A stretch of 63,944 nucleotides of DNA, filler included, from Octopus bimaculoides (lineage: Eukaryota), in assembly GCF_001194135.2 (NCBI RefSeq). It is 5 parts of 5 records of this genome, joined end to end, with 100 filler letters (N's around TTAATTAATTAA, not from the genome) between each part and the next. Parts side by side here need not be neighbours in the genome. Positions count along the whole stretch, not along the records: positions 61,574 to 62,733 come from NW_026368169.1; positions 62,834 to 63,944 come from NW_026391920.1; 3 more parts are not named here. The stretch is one strand, 5' to 3'. This document shows, piece by piece, positions 61,618 through 63,944 of this stretch. A model generated the notes under the pieces. The model had not been told where the DNA came from, did not search any database, and worked only from the letters and a program-made list of their open reading frames with translations. The translations under genes and the position numbers were made by a program. Each line of letters starts with the position of its first letter. Position 1 is the stretch's first letter.

Positions 61618-62833
61618 TATTAATAAAAAAAATTATAAAATGACCATGAAGAAGCTCCCTTGGTGGACAATAAAACCATCTAGCATACATTGATGTCATC
61701 TTACATGGTATGTGTTCATTTGAATGGGTGGTCATGCATATTGTCTCCGTTTCTCTTTCCAGCCCTTTTGACAAAGTGCAGTTCCTCTGCATCTCTTTCA
61801 AACATTTAATTTTGGAGAAAATTATTTTTATGAAGTGTAAGCTCCATTGCTTTTCGGAACTTTTAGGTTATATCTTGAACACTTGTAAAAGGGGGAGATT
61901 TTGAATTGTATACGTCGAAGTTCAGCAGGTCAACATTTAAAAGTCGAAGCATTAAGTTGTGTGTGTGTTTGTTGTGTGTGTATGTGTGTGTGTGTGAGTG
62001 TGTGTGTGTATGACTGCGTGTGTGTATATGACTGCGTGTGTGTGCATAGGTGTGTTTGTACATGTATCTGTGCGTATGTGTGGGTTCTTGTGTTTTTGTG
62101 TGAATGTGAGAGTTTGTGTGCATGTGTGTGAGCGGGTGTCTGTGTGTATGTGTGTGCGTGTGTCTATGTGTGTGCATGTGTGTATGCTTGTATATACATG
62201 TGTATAAGCATCTACATGTGTATGTATGTGTGTGTAGGTGTGTATGCATGTATGTGTATATGCATGTATGTATGTATGTGTATACTTGTGTGTGTGTTTA
62301 ACATCTACTTCACTCATGCGAGTTTTGACAGGAAAACCGAGTAATCTAAAGGGGGCAGGTAGATAGAAAAGGGGTCATATGTGTGATAGGTAATTCTATA
62401 AGATCCGAAATAAGGGGCTACTCGGGTTCCCTACAGAGAAGACTAAACTGTCTTCAGAAACCCTAGATGAACTTTAATTGAATTCTGTAAGCAGAACCTT
62501 ACAATGTTTACTACGTTAAAAAGATATTTGAAGGGGTTTAGATGGGGATCAGTTAATTTGAGGATCGGTTTAATGGGGTTTGGGGGAGAAGAGTTTCAGG
62601 AGTATATTTCTGGACATCTTGAGAGTTCTCCATATCTTTAGCTGTCAATGTTATCAAACGGTACTCTTTGAGCACACTCTTTCTACATACATACATGCAT
62701 ACATACATACATAATACATACATACATACACACNNNNNNNNNNNNNNNNNNNNNNNNNNNNNNNNNNNNNNNNNNNNTTAATTAATTAANNNNNNNNNNN
62801 NNNNNNNNNNNNNNNNNNNNNNNNNNNNNNNNN

Positions 62834-63103
62834 GCCGACACTGCCAGATATTTTGAGCATCTCTGCAGTGATTCCTGTTGGGCTGGGGCTTTCCCTCTCT
62901 TCATACTCTTAATCGCTTTATCTACCAATGTACTGTCAACTCGGATAGCTGGTCCCTCTGTTGGGTTGACATTCGGCAGACTCTCTTTCTCCCATTTATT
63001 CTCTTTATTGAGCAACCTTTCCTAATGGCGTCTCCAAACCTCTCTTTGCAGCCTCGTTTAGTGCAAGTGTACCATCATGCATTCAGACACATTTCTCTCC
63101 TAT
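62834..63103 (-). mobile_element. RTE-clade LINE ORF2 fragment (region between endonuclease and RT)
   Basis: GEKCV*MHDGTLALNEAAKREVWRRH*ERLLNKENKWEKESLPNVNPTEGPAIRVDSTLVDKAIKSMKRGKAP, then (frameshifted) PTGITAEMLKISG. Confidence 0.88.
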
Positions 63104-63418
63104 GAGATCATGATTCTCTCTCACATACTGTCTTACAACACGAAATACCTCAAGTCTTTGGTCCTAACGAAATACATATATATATATGGTAAGAACAAAA
63201 TAAATATTTCTCTGATCAGACCACTAGATGTAGGAACACCAGATCATTTTCAGAACCTCAACAAAGATTACCTACAAAAAACGGGGAAAAAAACCGACCT
63301 AGAACCGGAAACAATACTAGACCATCCTCTCAGATCACTAAAACCAATACTTACAAATTGAAAAAGATGTATAATTCCGAAAATAGGACAGCAAACCTAA
63401 CAACGCCAGGTAAAATAA

Positions 63419-63944
63419 CACAACGAAAACACAAACTTCAAGTCAACACTAACAAAAATAGAAACCATAAACAGAAAAAATTCATTTTTTAATGTCAGGA
63501 CAACAAACACCGGAGAAAGAAAAATCCCAGGAGGAAACATACCCAAAACAACTGGGCATATAGATCCTAAGATAATTAATCTTTCCAGAAGAGATCTTGA
63601 CAATGATGAAACCCGACTTCTGTTACAAGGCCTGAAATTTACACCTACACCAACAGTCAACCACCATGAACTAAAGGAAGATATCCAGAAATTCTGTCGC
63701 AAATTACGACTTGTCGAATTCTTCACCACCAATATTAATAATAAAAATAATAATGAAACCGAAGATTCTTTAATGAGGAATAAATCAAATTTCACCCCAC
63801 CAAAAGGCAGAAATATCTACTTTGACCAATATATCGACACCCTATCAAACTTCCCCCTAAAACAAAATACCAAACTTAGGCCGAACATTAACACATCAGA
63901 GATATCTGCACTTAAACGCATACAAAACGATGAAACAATAATAA
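63419..63944 (+). mobile_element. Penelope-like retroelement ORF, N-terminal region preceding the RT core; open to the window edge
   Basis: 175 uninterrupted codons: KIINLSRRDLDNDETRLLLQGLKFTPTP..DIQKFCRKLRLVEFF..SNFTPP..NINTSEISALKRIQNDETII. These are PLE hallmark motifs just upstream of (K)ADKG. It is missing from the ORF track because there is no stop codon in the window. Confidence 0.9.

Noticed and set aside
63397-63795. 132-aa minus-strand ORF
   Set aside because: It is the antisense shadow of the plus-strand Penelope-like ORF.

Overview
AT-rich, gap-riddled metazoan genomic DNA, most likely octopus (inferred from the tRNA-derived SINE families, the microsatellite density and the LINE spectrum; not database-confirmed). 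I recognise no intact host gene, and only a few short exon candidates can be offered at low confidence. Nearly all ORFs in the supplied track are microsatellite or N-gap artefacts, or antisense shadows of transposon ORFs. The window contains: (1) three tRNA-derived SINE families, called A, B and C here, in about 25 copies; (2) retroelement fragments: Penelope-like RT (open to the window end) and GIY-YIG, two R4/Dong-like pieces, Tx1/L1-like RT and RTE-like ORF2; (3) DNA transposon fossils: two piggyBac, Tc1 DD34E, Tigger/pogo, a FLYWCH/MULE-like piece and several MITEs; (4) two decayed type I hammerhead ribozyme motifs; (5) mini- and microsatellites; (6) four artificial TTAATTAATTAA gap linkers. 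The most interesting signal is a long-tailed SINE-B variant joined at two separate loci to the identical nucleotide in the tRNA A-box of another SINE-B copy. Its tail resembles a stand-alone LINE-like 3' end in the window, which suggests site-specific SINE-into-SINE targeting.
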